From Oculina patagonica (taxonomy: Eukaryota), in the NCBI RefSeq assembly GCF_052425735.1, contig NC_135771.1, positions 21,142,001-21,206,000 of the forward strand: a stretch of DNA of 64,000 nucleotides. The letters are read 5' to 3'. Made by a program: the position numbers and the translations under genes. The notes under the pieces were generated by a model. That model was given only the letters and a program-made list of their open reading frames with translations. It was not told the origin of the DNA and did not search any database. Shown in pieces: positions 27,101 through 39,100 of the stretch (positions are counted from its first letter, which is position 1; every line of letters starts with the position of its first letter).

Positions 27101-30100
27101 AACAGGGTAGGACATATGTAACCTCATACGATTAGCTGCGACAAACGTTCCATCTGCTCAACCTAAACACTGATTTTTTTGTATCACAGTATTACGTATA
27201 CATCACTTGCATTAAACTCTTTTCTTGTAGTTTAATTTGATAGTGTCTTTCTGGTGTTGGTAGTTTAAGTGCTTATTCTTCATCATCATCATCATTTATT
27301 TGCCACTCCATTCTTCTCGAGCTCTTCGCTAGATTTAAGGTTAGAGATGTTCCTTTTTAACAATAAATAATCCAGAGTCTACTAGTACAAACTATCAAAA
27401 CCAACCGGAGTTGATTAACATCAATCGCTGCTATTAATATTTCCACACACTTTTCCAAATTTATATTTTAGTTACCTGGCGGTGGTGGTAGGGTGGGCAG
27501 GGTGGTAGCTGCTGAAAATGATCATAAAGTTTGAATTAATACAAGATTAATATACCAAACAATGTCTTCCTACAGTTTCTCGTATAAATAAACCTTGTCA
27601 CAAGAATAGTTGACATTCGCCAACACCAACAAACTTTTCCAAACATTTTTCAGTTACCTGGCGGTGGTGTGCTGGTTGATCGCAGGATGGGTGGGGTGGT
27701 AGGTACTGAAAATGATCATAAAGTTTGAATTAAAACAAGATTATTATCCCAAACAATATCTTCCCATTATTTTCTTGCCTTAAAGTACAAATAAACCCTA
27801 TCATAGAATAATTGTCATTATTAAAAACTAGCAATGGTATATTGCAATTCCTGAGTTTTGATTGGTTAACAGGCAATGGTATATGAGCTCATATACCATT
27901 GAGAACAAATATTGTAGGTACACATGTCAACGAAAACAGCCGAGGAGCTTAAATATTGCAATTGTTTGGGTGTTTTTAATAAAACAATTATTCCACTAGT
28001 ACTCGCGCTTGTTGGATATGAGATAGTTATAGCCAACTCGGCGCTACTCGCCTCGTTGGCTATCTACCATCTCATATCCAACGTGCGCTCGTGTGCTCGT
28101 GCAATAATTGTTAATTAGCCATCTAGCTCTTGTGTTAAGTCTGAGGCAGCGATTATATGGCGAATTTGGACCCAGGCTGAAATTTAAACCCCGTAAGCTC
28201 CTGAGCTCTTCGTGGTTAAATAAACTATGTCTATGTCTATGTCTCTAAGATGCTAGCGGGTGACATTTCGCCACTTGACAAGTTTTTCCCTTTAAAATTC
28301 CTTGTTGTCCGTCCCTGTTGAACAGTAACCGGGTGGCGTCATCATCATCTGTTTCCATAATTCTCCTCTGGGAGAATAGGGCCTTAACCGGGAGACGTAC
28401 CAAGGAAAAACGCGCCACCTGGAACCCCGGGGGGGGGGGAACTCAAAAATGTTTTATACGGGGAGGCTCCGCCCCAAGCTCTTACCCCTTACCCTTTTAT
28501 ATACCACTTTCACAGAAATTGTACCCCTTTCGTATACCTTTTACTGAAAAAAGGTACCCCTTTCATATACCTAAAAGACTTGGCATAGACTTAGAACAGG
28601 ACGTTTTCTTGTCATTTTCATGTTGCGCCTTATAAATTAAAATAATACAGCCATAAAGTGCGTCTGTTCGAAATATTTTAATTCAAGGCCCTTAAAAAAA
28701 CCTAAATGAAGGATTTACATACCCTTTCATATACCTAAACTTGTGAAATCCCAACCCTTTTATATACCTGAAGCCTTAAAAAAGTACCCCTTTCGGGCGG
28801 AGCCTCCCCGTATAGGCCACTATATGGAGTACCCCCCCCCCCCCCCGGGCCTGGAACAGGCCATTACGAGTTGGTTTTTTCTTATTTAATGGGAGCTTCG
28901 TAATTTCACCATACTGGAAGAAATTATTATAGAAAGGTGGTTCTTCAAGTAATTTAAAGGGGTCCAGTACTAAGGTAGTTGTACAGTTTACCATATGTTG
29001 TGTCTTATCGCCTGTAAGTACATATAACAGAAAATCAGCGACAAAGAAAGGGAACTCAGACGTCTCTCGAGTGGGAAAAGAATTGAGTACGAGAGAAATG
29101 ACGTCTGTTTATTCAAGCTACTCGCTTACAATTATAGCAACTGCATGCAGTCTAATCCGCCATCTTTAGTTTAGAGACTGCTAAAGTTTTTACCTTTCAG
29201 AGTTGTGACGTTGACACATGCGCTCAAAGCTCCGTCTGCTACAGTGAAGGCCAGCAACTGAACACAGTAGTAAGTATCGTGTACAAGGTTTGATACTTCC
29301 AATGTCATCACGCTGGCATTAACAACTGACTCATGCTCTACGACCTGTTCTGCATTTTTCACGTAGACTTTGTATCCCCGGATTATACCGTTTCGTTCCT
29401 GCTCTGGAACCTCTTCCCATGTGATAAATAACGTATCGACTGCTGTTGCAGTGACTGATATGTTAGCTGGTGGTGCTGAAGACACTAAACGAAATGTTAA
29501 AATAACTTAAAGAAACTCGAATAAATACTAAGTCAGCTTTTATTTGGTCAATTTGGACGCTTAACGTCTCTTTGGAAAGGCCTTAAGATGTAGAAGGTGT
29601 ACAGATAATTTACTTCTATTTTTTTAAACACGAAATTAAAAATAATGTTCTTTGACTCCTGAAGTTCCGTCACATCTGTTTTCAATCGCGTGTAACACTT
29701 TAAATAACGGTTGAATAATAAATATCAAGAAAATTAGAAAATCGGGCAGCCCAGGAAAAAAAGAATTTGAACTTGCTTCGTACTTTTAGCAAACTGTGCT
29801 ACAGGCGACTAATTCTTTGTTCACCTTCGAGTGTTTCAAAAACTCGATCCCCAAATAGACTTTTTTGAGCCTTTTTTCTCTTATTTTTTAAAATTTAAAA
29901 TCAAAGTAGTATTGCAGTGATTCATTCCTAACCGATATCTACATGTTCACGACACCAATGTGTGGTTACAAGTCAGGATTTGAATAAAGATTTATTTATT
30001 TATTTATTTATTTAGTACATATGTTTGTCTCTCGCCACAAACAGGAAAAAATAAAATTCGTTCTTAACCAAATTTTAGCCTTGGGCACGTTCTTAGGATG

Positions 30101-33100
30101 TTCTTAAATTTTGGCCTTTTTTCAGCCTCGACGTTCTTATAAAAAAGGGTGTAAATAATGGTCTCTGCATGCAAGATATTTTTAGACCAGAAGTCGCACT
30201 CAAACTCAACCGATCAGGATATAGTTTAGTGTTGCCCTTTGTTTCTGACCAATTAGAAAAAAGTCCAGATTCTGGACTTTTTACAGACGACTCGACAAGT
30301 AATTGTATCAGGCGTTCTTTCTCCTCCCGCTGCGAAAAAAAGAACGCCTGATCTCAGGTTAGACTGTATGATTAACGTCCGCAGAAGAATTTGCAAACCT
30401 GGCTAGACGTTTTGCGCTCTCTTTTGCGATTCGCGCTCTGTCAGCTCGACTTAGAAAGTTGCGAATAGCACAACGAGGGTAAGGAGCCATTCAAATGAAA
30501 CTTGCGAGAGCTGCTTTAAATTGACCCGAAGAAGTGAGCATAGGAAGAGGACTGGATAGAGTCAAATGAAGGAGGGGTCGGGTGTTACTGGGTGGCTGGA
30601 GACTTGAGACTTTTTGCTGTGAATCTGGAGCCTAAGTCTTTTTGCAAGCCATTTGTAGATGAATTACAAGTAACAGAGTAGGAAGACTTGGCGCAAACTT
30701 AGTCAAGTTTAAAAATTAATCATTATCATTATTATTAATAAATTAAATCTAACGGTTATAATTATGTACTACACATAAAGGTTTCAGCAGTACCTTGACA
30801 ACCATAAAGTTCCACTCTCAATGATATCCAGCCATCCCAAGCCACTGGTACAAAACGAATATAACGTGCCGTGATTGGTGGGTTCAGCTCATGTGAAACA
30901 ACAGTGTCGCGGTCTTCGTTTCCAGCAAATTCCTAAAACAGTAAGATGCAAAATGACAAGTTAGGGTCTTACTATCAATCGTAATCTTTTCAAGCTAAAC
31001 CCAAGAGGCTTCATTTGAAGAAACAAGGAGCGCTTTTCATTTGTCAGAACTTGCCAGTCAGACCGGTAAATTCGAGAGAAGAATTCCGCTGCTAGTCACT
31101 TCTGTCCTGTCAAATCAGTCGGATGATGGGAAAATCTCGTGGAAAAGGGGCCATTTTATATTTAAAACCACTGGACCGGCCGACCGGTTCTGACTAATGA
31201 AAAGCGCCCTAGCTGACCATATTGCGTCACGTGAAAACCGACCAGCAAATGAAGTATTAGTAATATTGTTGCTGTAACATTACTAAATTTTAAGAAATGA
31301 AAAGAAAAGTTTAATCAACGTTTTGTTGGATTAAGTGCATTTGACATCACACGGTGGTCAACCAAAGAAAGTAAGCGACTTATTTCCGGTTTTCTCCACC
31401 TTGATTTTTATATGTGCAACAACTTTGCAAGAGATACAGGGAAAATAAAATACATGGCAAAAAATGATAAAAATTAACAGCCATTAAATTATAACGTACA
31501 AGTTTCCGTAAATGCTTTAAAATTGGGTTGAAAGTAAATGAGGATTCAATAAAATTGTTAAAAATATTTGCATTTGGCTTCGGTATTATTTTTGGCAGGA
31601 AACTGACCTAAACTGAACCACGCGTGCGCATGCTACACATCATCATCATCATCATCATTATAACCTTTATTTACACACGATAGGGGTTTAAAGCACAATG
31701 CTTGTAAGGTCGTGTATTATACTAAATATTACTAAATACTAATAAACTATATATATTTCTAAATTACTACTAAATACTTATATACTAAATTGGATCGTAA
31801 CTACTATATAAATAATTAATTACGTAATTAATTGTTAATTACATAATTAACATGTGACCGCTGTGCAGTTTTACCTTGTCCGTGGTCTGTCCTTGTTCGA
31901 TGTAATACTGGAAGTTCACCTCATCGTTACTGTACTGCAGTTTGTACTTGGTTACCCACTGGGGGTCGTCTTCATTCCTTCCTTGCGTTGCTACGCCAGT
32001 TACTCTAAAGTACTGACCACCCAGATCAATCTGAAGCCATGGATTAGCATCATGTGTGGCAGCTGACCAAGCTCCTGCTGTACTATCTGTTTTTTTTAAG
32101 TGAAGTCTGCCATTCTTGGCGGCAGAAATGTCAGCCCATTGTGAAGAGGCAGTTATCTGAGCGTCCAGTATTGATCCGCTTTCCATTCCAAGAGCATCGT
32201 AACATTCTGAAGGCAAGGTCAATACAAAAACAACTTTAACATACTTTCAGAGTGCACCATGCAAGTATTTGTTGCAAAAACCCATTCAGGCAAGACCTTC
32301 TTATTTGATTGTCTGAATACGTTGATTATAGTGTACGAATAGCCTACCGTCAATTGCTAATTTTACATTAACTGAGCGAATTCTCGCGCTGTTATTGTAA
32401 AAAACAAATTGACATCAGTTTTTTATGCGTCTGTCCTGATATTGATGATAAATTTCGTCATAACATTATCAAAGTTTGTTATGACGCAATTTAACATTAA
32501 TAACAGGACAGACGCATAATTATATAAAAAACTGATGAAAATTTGTTAAATCTGTTTCAGTTAAGAAGTTACTGAAAGGTACAATGTTTGGAAATGTTCG
32601 GGAAATGTTCAAAAACATTCGTGCGGCCTTCGGACAATATTTTGAAAATCTTCAGAAATCTTTGGAAAATCGTCAAAAATATCGTAATTAGTAGGTTTTT
32701 ATAATAAACAGCATAATACATGGTTGCTTAGAGATATGAAATTCATCTTCTCGTGTTCAAATCGATATCAATTTAAACACTCGAAGATATATTTCATATC
32801 TCCGCGCAACCATGTGTTATCCACTTCTTATTAAACTGACGCTATCTCGACCGGTTAACATACATTAGAGACCTTTAGCATCAGGTTGTTTCTGGCAAAC
32901 TGCAAATCACAAACAAGCTCATAAGAAATAGGTTTCATACCCGCCTGCCATGTGCTAGTGTGTTAGATGGCTTTTCATTAGTCAGGGGTTTAATTAAGGG
33001 CCAGCCAGTACTGGGCAAATTGACCGGCTGTGAACACAACTTTGCCCGGCTCTTTTCAAGAACTGAACCGACTCCATTTTACCAAAAGAGGGTAGGGCCT

Positions 33101-36100
33101 TGCTAATAGTTTGCCCGTGTGCAAAACCGTGATGCCACCTGCTCCAACCCTTAATGAATCCCCTAATTAGTAGATAGAAATTGTGGAGGAGAGTTTAAGA
33201 AATATGTGGAAAATTAAGTTTTGAGTTTCAAATATGGGTAAGCATGCATTTGTTAGAAACTAAAACTAAAAGAACGTTCTTCAGCAAGAAATAACAGGAG
33301 GTACTGGGGCAGTAGTAGCATGCAGCATCTTAACTTAAGATTGGTTGTTTGGTTATGAATTGTTGCGCGCAAATTACAACAAAAGAAATAATCTCTTATG
33401 TCTTTTGGGCGGTAAATACCGGTAGATTTAACTAAAGCTACTGACATACAAATATAACGTGCATTCCTCGTCCGCCATATTGAGATATACTATTGAAGTT
33501 CTTGCCTTTTTTCAACGTTGTGACGTTGACACATGCGCTCAAAGCTCCGTCTGCTACAGTGTAGGCCAGCAACTGAACACAGTAGTAAGTATTGTGTACA
33601 AGGTTTGATACTTCCAATGTCGTCACGTGGGCATCTACAACTGACTCGTGCTCTATGATCTGGTCTGCATTTTTTACGTACACTTTGTATCCCCGGACTA
33701 TACCGTTCCTTTCCTGCTCTGGAACCTCTTCCCATGTGATAAATATCGTATCGACTGCTGTTGCCGTGACTGATATGTTAGCTGGTGGTGCAGAAGGCGC
33801 TAAAAGAAATAGTGTTATAAAAAATGTTACTGTAGCGACAATTTTTTTTTAAAAAAAAAAGACAATCTGTCAGTCAATCAATCAATCAATTAATTAGGCA
33901 GTCAGTCTGCCAAGGCAATCAAACGATCCATCGAGCACTCAAGCAATCATTAATCCTGAAACATCCACCCAATTTTTAATTGATAATAGTTCACTCTAAT
34001 ATTAATAATGGTAATAGGACTGAGTGGAGTCCAATTCGGTCTGTAATCATACGAGTGATTAACAAAATCGGACGACCGCGAAGCGGGAGTCCGATTTGTT
34101 TAATCACGAGTATGATTACAGACAGAATTGGATGACACGAAGTCCAGTTACCAATTAATCAAAACTATGACAAAATTTGAGAAACAAATTAAACTAATCT
34201 TCGGTTAAATGGTTAAACGGTTTTATAAAAACTGAAAAACATAACAGTTTACTCAACAAAATGCACAACAACAGCGCGCGCAAAATGACGCGTACTGTCC
34301 AATTACACAGGCATGACGCGTACACTTTCCTATTACACTGTCCAATTACAAGCATGACGCGTACACTGTCCTATTAGTGATCAAATCGGGCTGCTGATAA
34401 CCAATCACGTTCGAGAATTTTGTTAAAGTTTTGATTAATGGGGAAAGCACAAACAATATTTCCACAGTCCACCAACTTCATTTGATAAATACAGAATGTA
34501 TTAATATTACGATAGTTGTAAGCTGCACCCATACACTAATCGAAAGTACTTATATCAGACCTTCTAAAGTACTTATCAAAAGGTCAGTTTGACTCAGGTT
34601 GGGAGCACCCGGAATTTCTTTTTTTTCGAGTAAGCTTCTGAAAAACATCATCCTCCACTTTAAAGGGACCGTGTCACGGATTTTAGCCAAACTTAGGCGT
34701 AGGAAATAACCATCAAATTCGCTTAAATATATAAAATAAGCTTTTAAATCAGTGAAGGATTATTAAAATGACACACCAAATGCAAAAGAAGGTACGGATG
34801 GCCAAAATTGTCGAAGATTGAAACGGATTGCGATATGGGTTTTTGAAATATGGTCCGGCGGATCAGTTTTCAAAGTTAATCTTGTCTTCTTGTAACTTTA
34901 AATTATAACGCCCAGGAGACACATTTGGCTGCAATGAAGCTATGGCTTTGTCAATTGGACTCGTAGAATTAATTTCGTTGCAAACATTTAGTATCATAGC
35001 GAATATTTGACAACATTTATTAACATAAAATTAACTTAGCCGTAACACAGTCCCTTTAAGGTCATTGCCCTTCGCCTACTGGTTTATTACTTTAAGGGAA
35101 CTTATATTTTGAAATAAAAAAGGGGGGGCACCAGATTCGTTTAGGAGCAGGAAGACTTTGTATATTCCATATAATTCCTTTAAAATTCCTCTGCGAGTAC
35201 TAGCAAAGTACACGTTTTTAGCGATAATTTATTTTTCAAACACAATACTTGATCTGTTTTCATTTTACAGAAAGAATTTGATCGCTACACCCAAAATATG
35301 AGAAAAAATTGATAGGTCACCAGACTCGTTTACGAGAAAGCGACAATTTACTTACAAACCACATAGAAAAAAGCCGCCATTTTGTTTATGTGCGCTTATT
35401 GCGCGTAAAATTCTGCGCAGTAAGGATGCGCATTGCAATACAGGGCAATGACCTTAATCACCAGGCTCAAAATGTACCATTTTTATTTCCATTATTTCCC
35501 GCATTTTTTACCTACCTAAAAAATTGTGCATATAATCATTCTATTAACATTGTTATCCGAGCTGTGAGCGATTTTTAAGTACACCATTCTTACCATCTTC
35601 GGCTGTAAATGCGCAGACTTCATCACTTTCGTCTCCATACCCTTCTACAGGTCCTATCCTTGTTATCGCTGTTACGGTCACACAGTACTCCTTGTATTTG
35701 TTCAATCTAGTTAGTGTTTTTTCCTGTGCCAAATCTTTGAGAATTATCTCCTCTGTTACATTGTTGTGGTCTGTTCTTTTGATCAGGTATCCTACTGTTA
35801 CATCAGGATTAAAATACGCTCTCCAGTGATCCCAGCGTATCAGTAGTGAAGTTGAACTGGTATTGAACACCTCGATGATCTTCGGTGCATCAGTTGGAAC
35901 TATAAATAAATAACAAACGGTTAGGTAGCTCCTAATGTCAGAGTTCAAAGGGGAGACGTTGTGAGGGTAGAAACTCAACTTTGATGTAGCAAGGGATAAG
36001 GAAAGACTAACGGTACTAATAACGCGTCTTTTCGGGCGTATTTATTTGCAACGAACGCGTATAGCTGTCGCATTTGCTCTTTTTATTGTTTTCAAGCTAA

Positions 36101-39100
36101 AAAGAAAACAATAAAAAATTCAATCGAGGAAATGCGATGGATACACGCGTTTGTTGCAAATACACCCACCATTCATTTAAATACTATCAAAAGCGCGTCC
36201 CCACCTCTTTTCAACGTTGTGACGTTCACGCATGCGCTTAAAGGTCCGTCTGCCACGGTATGGGCCAGTAACTGAACACAGTAGGCAGTGTTGTCTACAA
36301 GGCTTGATACTTCCATATTTGTCACATGGCCAGCTATAACTGCCTCGTGTACAATGACTTGGTCTCCAGATTTCACGAACAGTTTGAATATCCGCACTAT
36401 ACCGTTCCTTTCTTGCAAAGAAACCTCGTCCCATGTGATAATTATCGTATCAAATGCTGTTACAGTGACAGATATGTTAGCCGGTGGCGCTGAAGGTGCT
36501 AAAGAAAATGATATTAAAAACATGTTATTGTACTGAATGTACTCAAACATGTGTTAAGTAATCGCAAAGAGCAATTTTCGATTGAGTGTCGTAAAATCAA
36601 AAGCAAAGCAAACCTCTGTTTCCCGCGCTTGGCAACGGCTACACATTTCCCGCTCTTGCTAGCTAATGACTTCATGTTTTCCACGCTTGGCGTGTTTTAA
36701 CTTTGAGTTTTGATTGGTTCACGGCGTTATTATGGCATTACTACGGTTCTGGTTTCACAAAAGTCATAAAAACCACCCAAGGGATCTAAATCTTGGACAT
36801 GAAATTTTGAAGACTATTGTTTTAGTATTTTTGAAGAAAATGTAACTTTCTGTTTAAACACGTTACAATGAAGGTACTTTTCCATGTAGCGAATTTTGTA
36901 GAGTTTTAAAATTAATCTTCGCCCTCTACTTACCATCTTCCGCAGTAGACGCACAGATTTCCTCGCTTTCGTTCCCAAACCCTTTTCCAATTACTGCCTT
37001 CACGGTCACACAGTACACTGAATATTTTTGTAATCCAGTAACTTCTAGTTCATCTTCCAAGAAGCTGACGTTGTGGTTCGTTGATATACCACTGCTGTTT
37101 GTTATGTTGATCACATATCCGTTTGTCGCACCAGAAAGAGAAGATTGCTTCAAGTGTCCCCAGCGTATCAGAAGAGAGGAAGAGCTGGTACTCAAAACCA
37201 GGAGATTTTCTTCTGCGCCGCCTGAGCCTCCTCCTCCTCCTCCCTCCTCCTCCTCCTCCTCCTCCTCCGCTACCAGAAGCTAACGAAAGATAAGGGTTGA
37301 CTCAGGTTATGAAACAATGTTTCTTTTTACATTGGTGGATTTAAGGGATGGTCCGAGTGCGGCCCCCTCCCCCTTCCCTTATTAACCTCCACTTCGGACC
37401 CCCCCCCCCCCAACGTTTTCGAAGCAGGCCAAAAAATGGTCCATCCCCACTACGAGACTCTCCCCCTCCCTCCCCCGTAAACACCTCTAGATCCGCAATT
37501 TTTTCACCTTTTTAATAAAAATAATTTAACGATCTTTGAAATAGCCTAGATTGAATTGGATGTGCTTCTTATCCCGGTTCAGACACATACATGTTACATT
37601 TAATTTTAATTTAAATTAAATCGTATTCACGTGCCGATATAAAGGTATATTCTTGATTTCGACAAAAGAAAAAGAAAAAGAACATTTATATAAAGGAAGT
37701 AACTTGATCTGCAATGTGACAACAATATAGTTGATATCCATCAATCTTCTTGGAAAATATACGAACTACCCAATAAAAACCGAAACCGTATGATTTCCGC
37801 ATTCTGGGAGAAATACACAAACTGTAGAGACAAAATTACGAACGACAAAACATCCTTGACTTTAAGTGCTTGACGCCACATTCGTAAAATTACTTGCAAA
37901 AAATTCTTTGTTTCCCTTCTATTACAACATCCACTCTTGTTTTCGGTAATTTAATAACTTACATTTGCCTGGCTCTCCATAAACTTTGAGACCCATACAG
38001 CTCGCATTCGAATGAACAGGCCAGATACGAATCGCTGACGTCGTTATGTTGGCATCTATGAGGTAATTTATCTTACTGGAGAGAGGATCATCGTATGAGT
38101 TGCCCTTGAAAACCTGCAAAAAAATAAATTATATGCGTACATTACTTCGCTTTCATGGCTTAGTATTCCTTTGTAGAAATCATTCTACGTTGGTCTCTGC
38201 TTTTAAATTCAGTTTTCTATGTCAAACCGATTACATCGCTATTGATCCAACGTATACCGGTAGGATATTGTAGACGGTTGCTTGCTTGAACATTCAAAAA
38301 GAGAAGTACTCAACTGGCTCAAATAGTGGTTGCATTACTTCATTCGAGTCCACAAAGGTTAAGTATGTTTTCGGGGGTACTTGAAAATGTTTGGATGACA
38401 GTGCTCGATGGGGACTATGAACCTCTACCCCCCCAAAAAAAAAAAAAATCCATCTCAAAATCAAGAGTTAAATTGTATACTCAATCTCAGACCGGAAGTG
38501 AAGAGGATGTTTTTATTTTTAAATTTTGTCCACAATACTTCGACATCCGCTTTTTATTTTCGCACGTACTTTTGGGTAAGCATTCCCCATTCAGCGACCC
38601 CATCTCAGGCTAAAAGGCCATCATTGGAGCCCCATCACAGACCCAGTACATACCCGTATAGCATATATAAGGGAGCACCCCCCCCCCCCCCCATTAAAAA
38701 AGAAGGAGTACGGTATGTTCCAACGCAAGAGGATCTGGTGGCTAAAATCCAATAAGAAGAAGTGTAATGACTCCCCTGTATTGAACGCTGGTGATCCTTT
38801 CAGCTTAGGATGTCCCAAGAATTCGTCTCTACCCATTTTGGCGAGGGGGCAAATTATTTTCTTACCCTGGGCATTATAAAATATTATTATTTGCAAACTC
38901 ATACAAAACCTTGCCACGTTTTAAGAACAAAAACGTTCAAACTAGGAAATACCAAATGAACTTACTGTTGCGTTCCCAGATGCATTGTAAAATTTCCATT
39001 CACTGCAATTGGCAGAGACTTCTTCAAAAAACTCAATACGGAACGAAGTGACGTATTTCGTTTCACCATCTGACGTTTGTATGCCTTGAGTTTCAATCGC

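Noticed and set aside
4587-36498. Receptor tyrosine phosphatase, neuropilin or mannose receptor gene call
   Set aside because: Shared domains would suggest these, but the first TM helix is followed by a K+ pore, not a phosphatase or a short tail.
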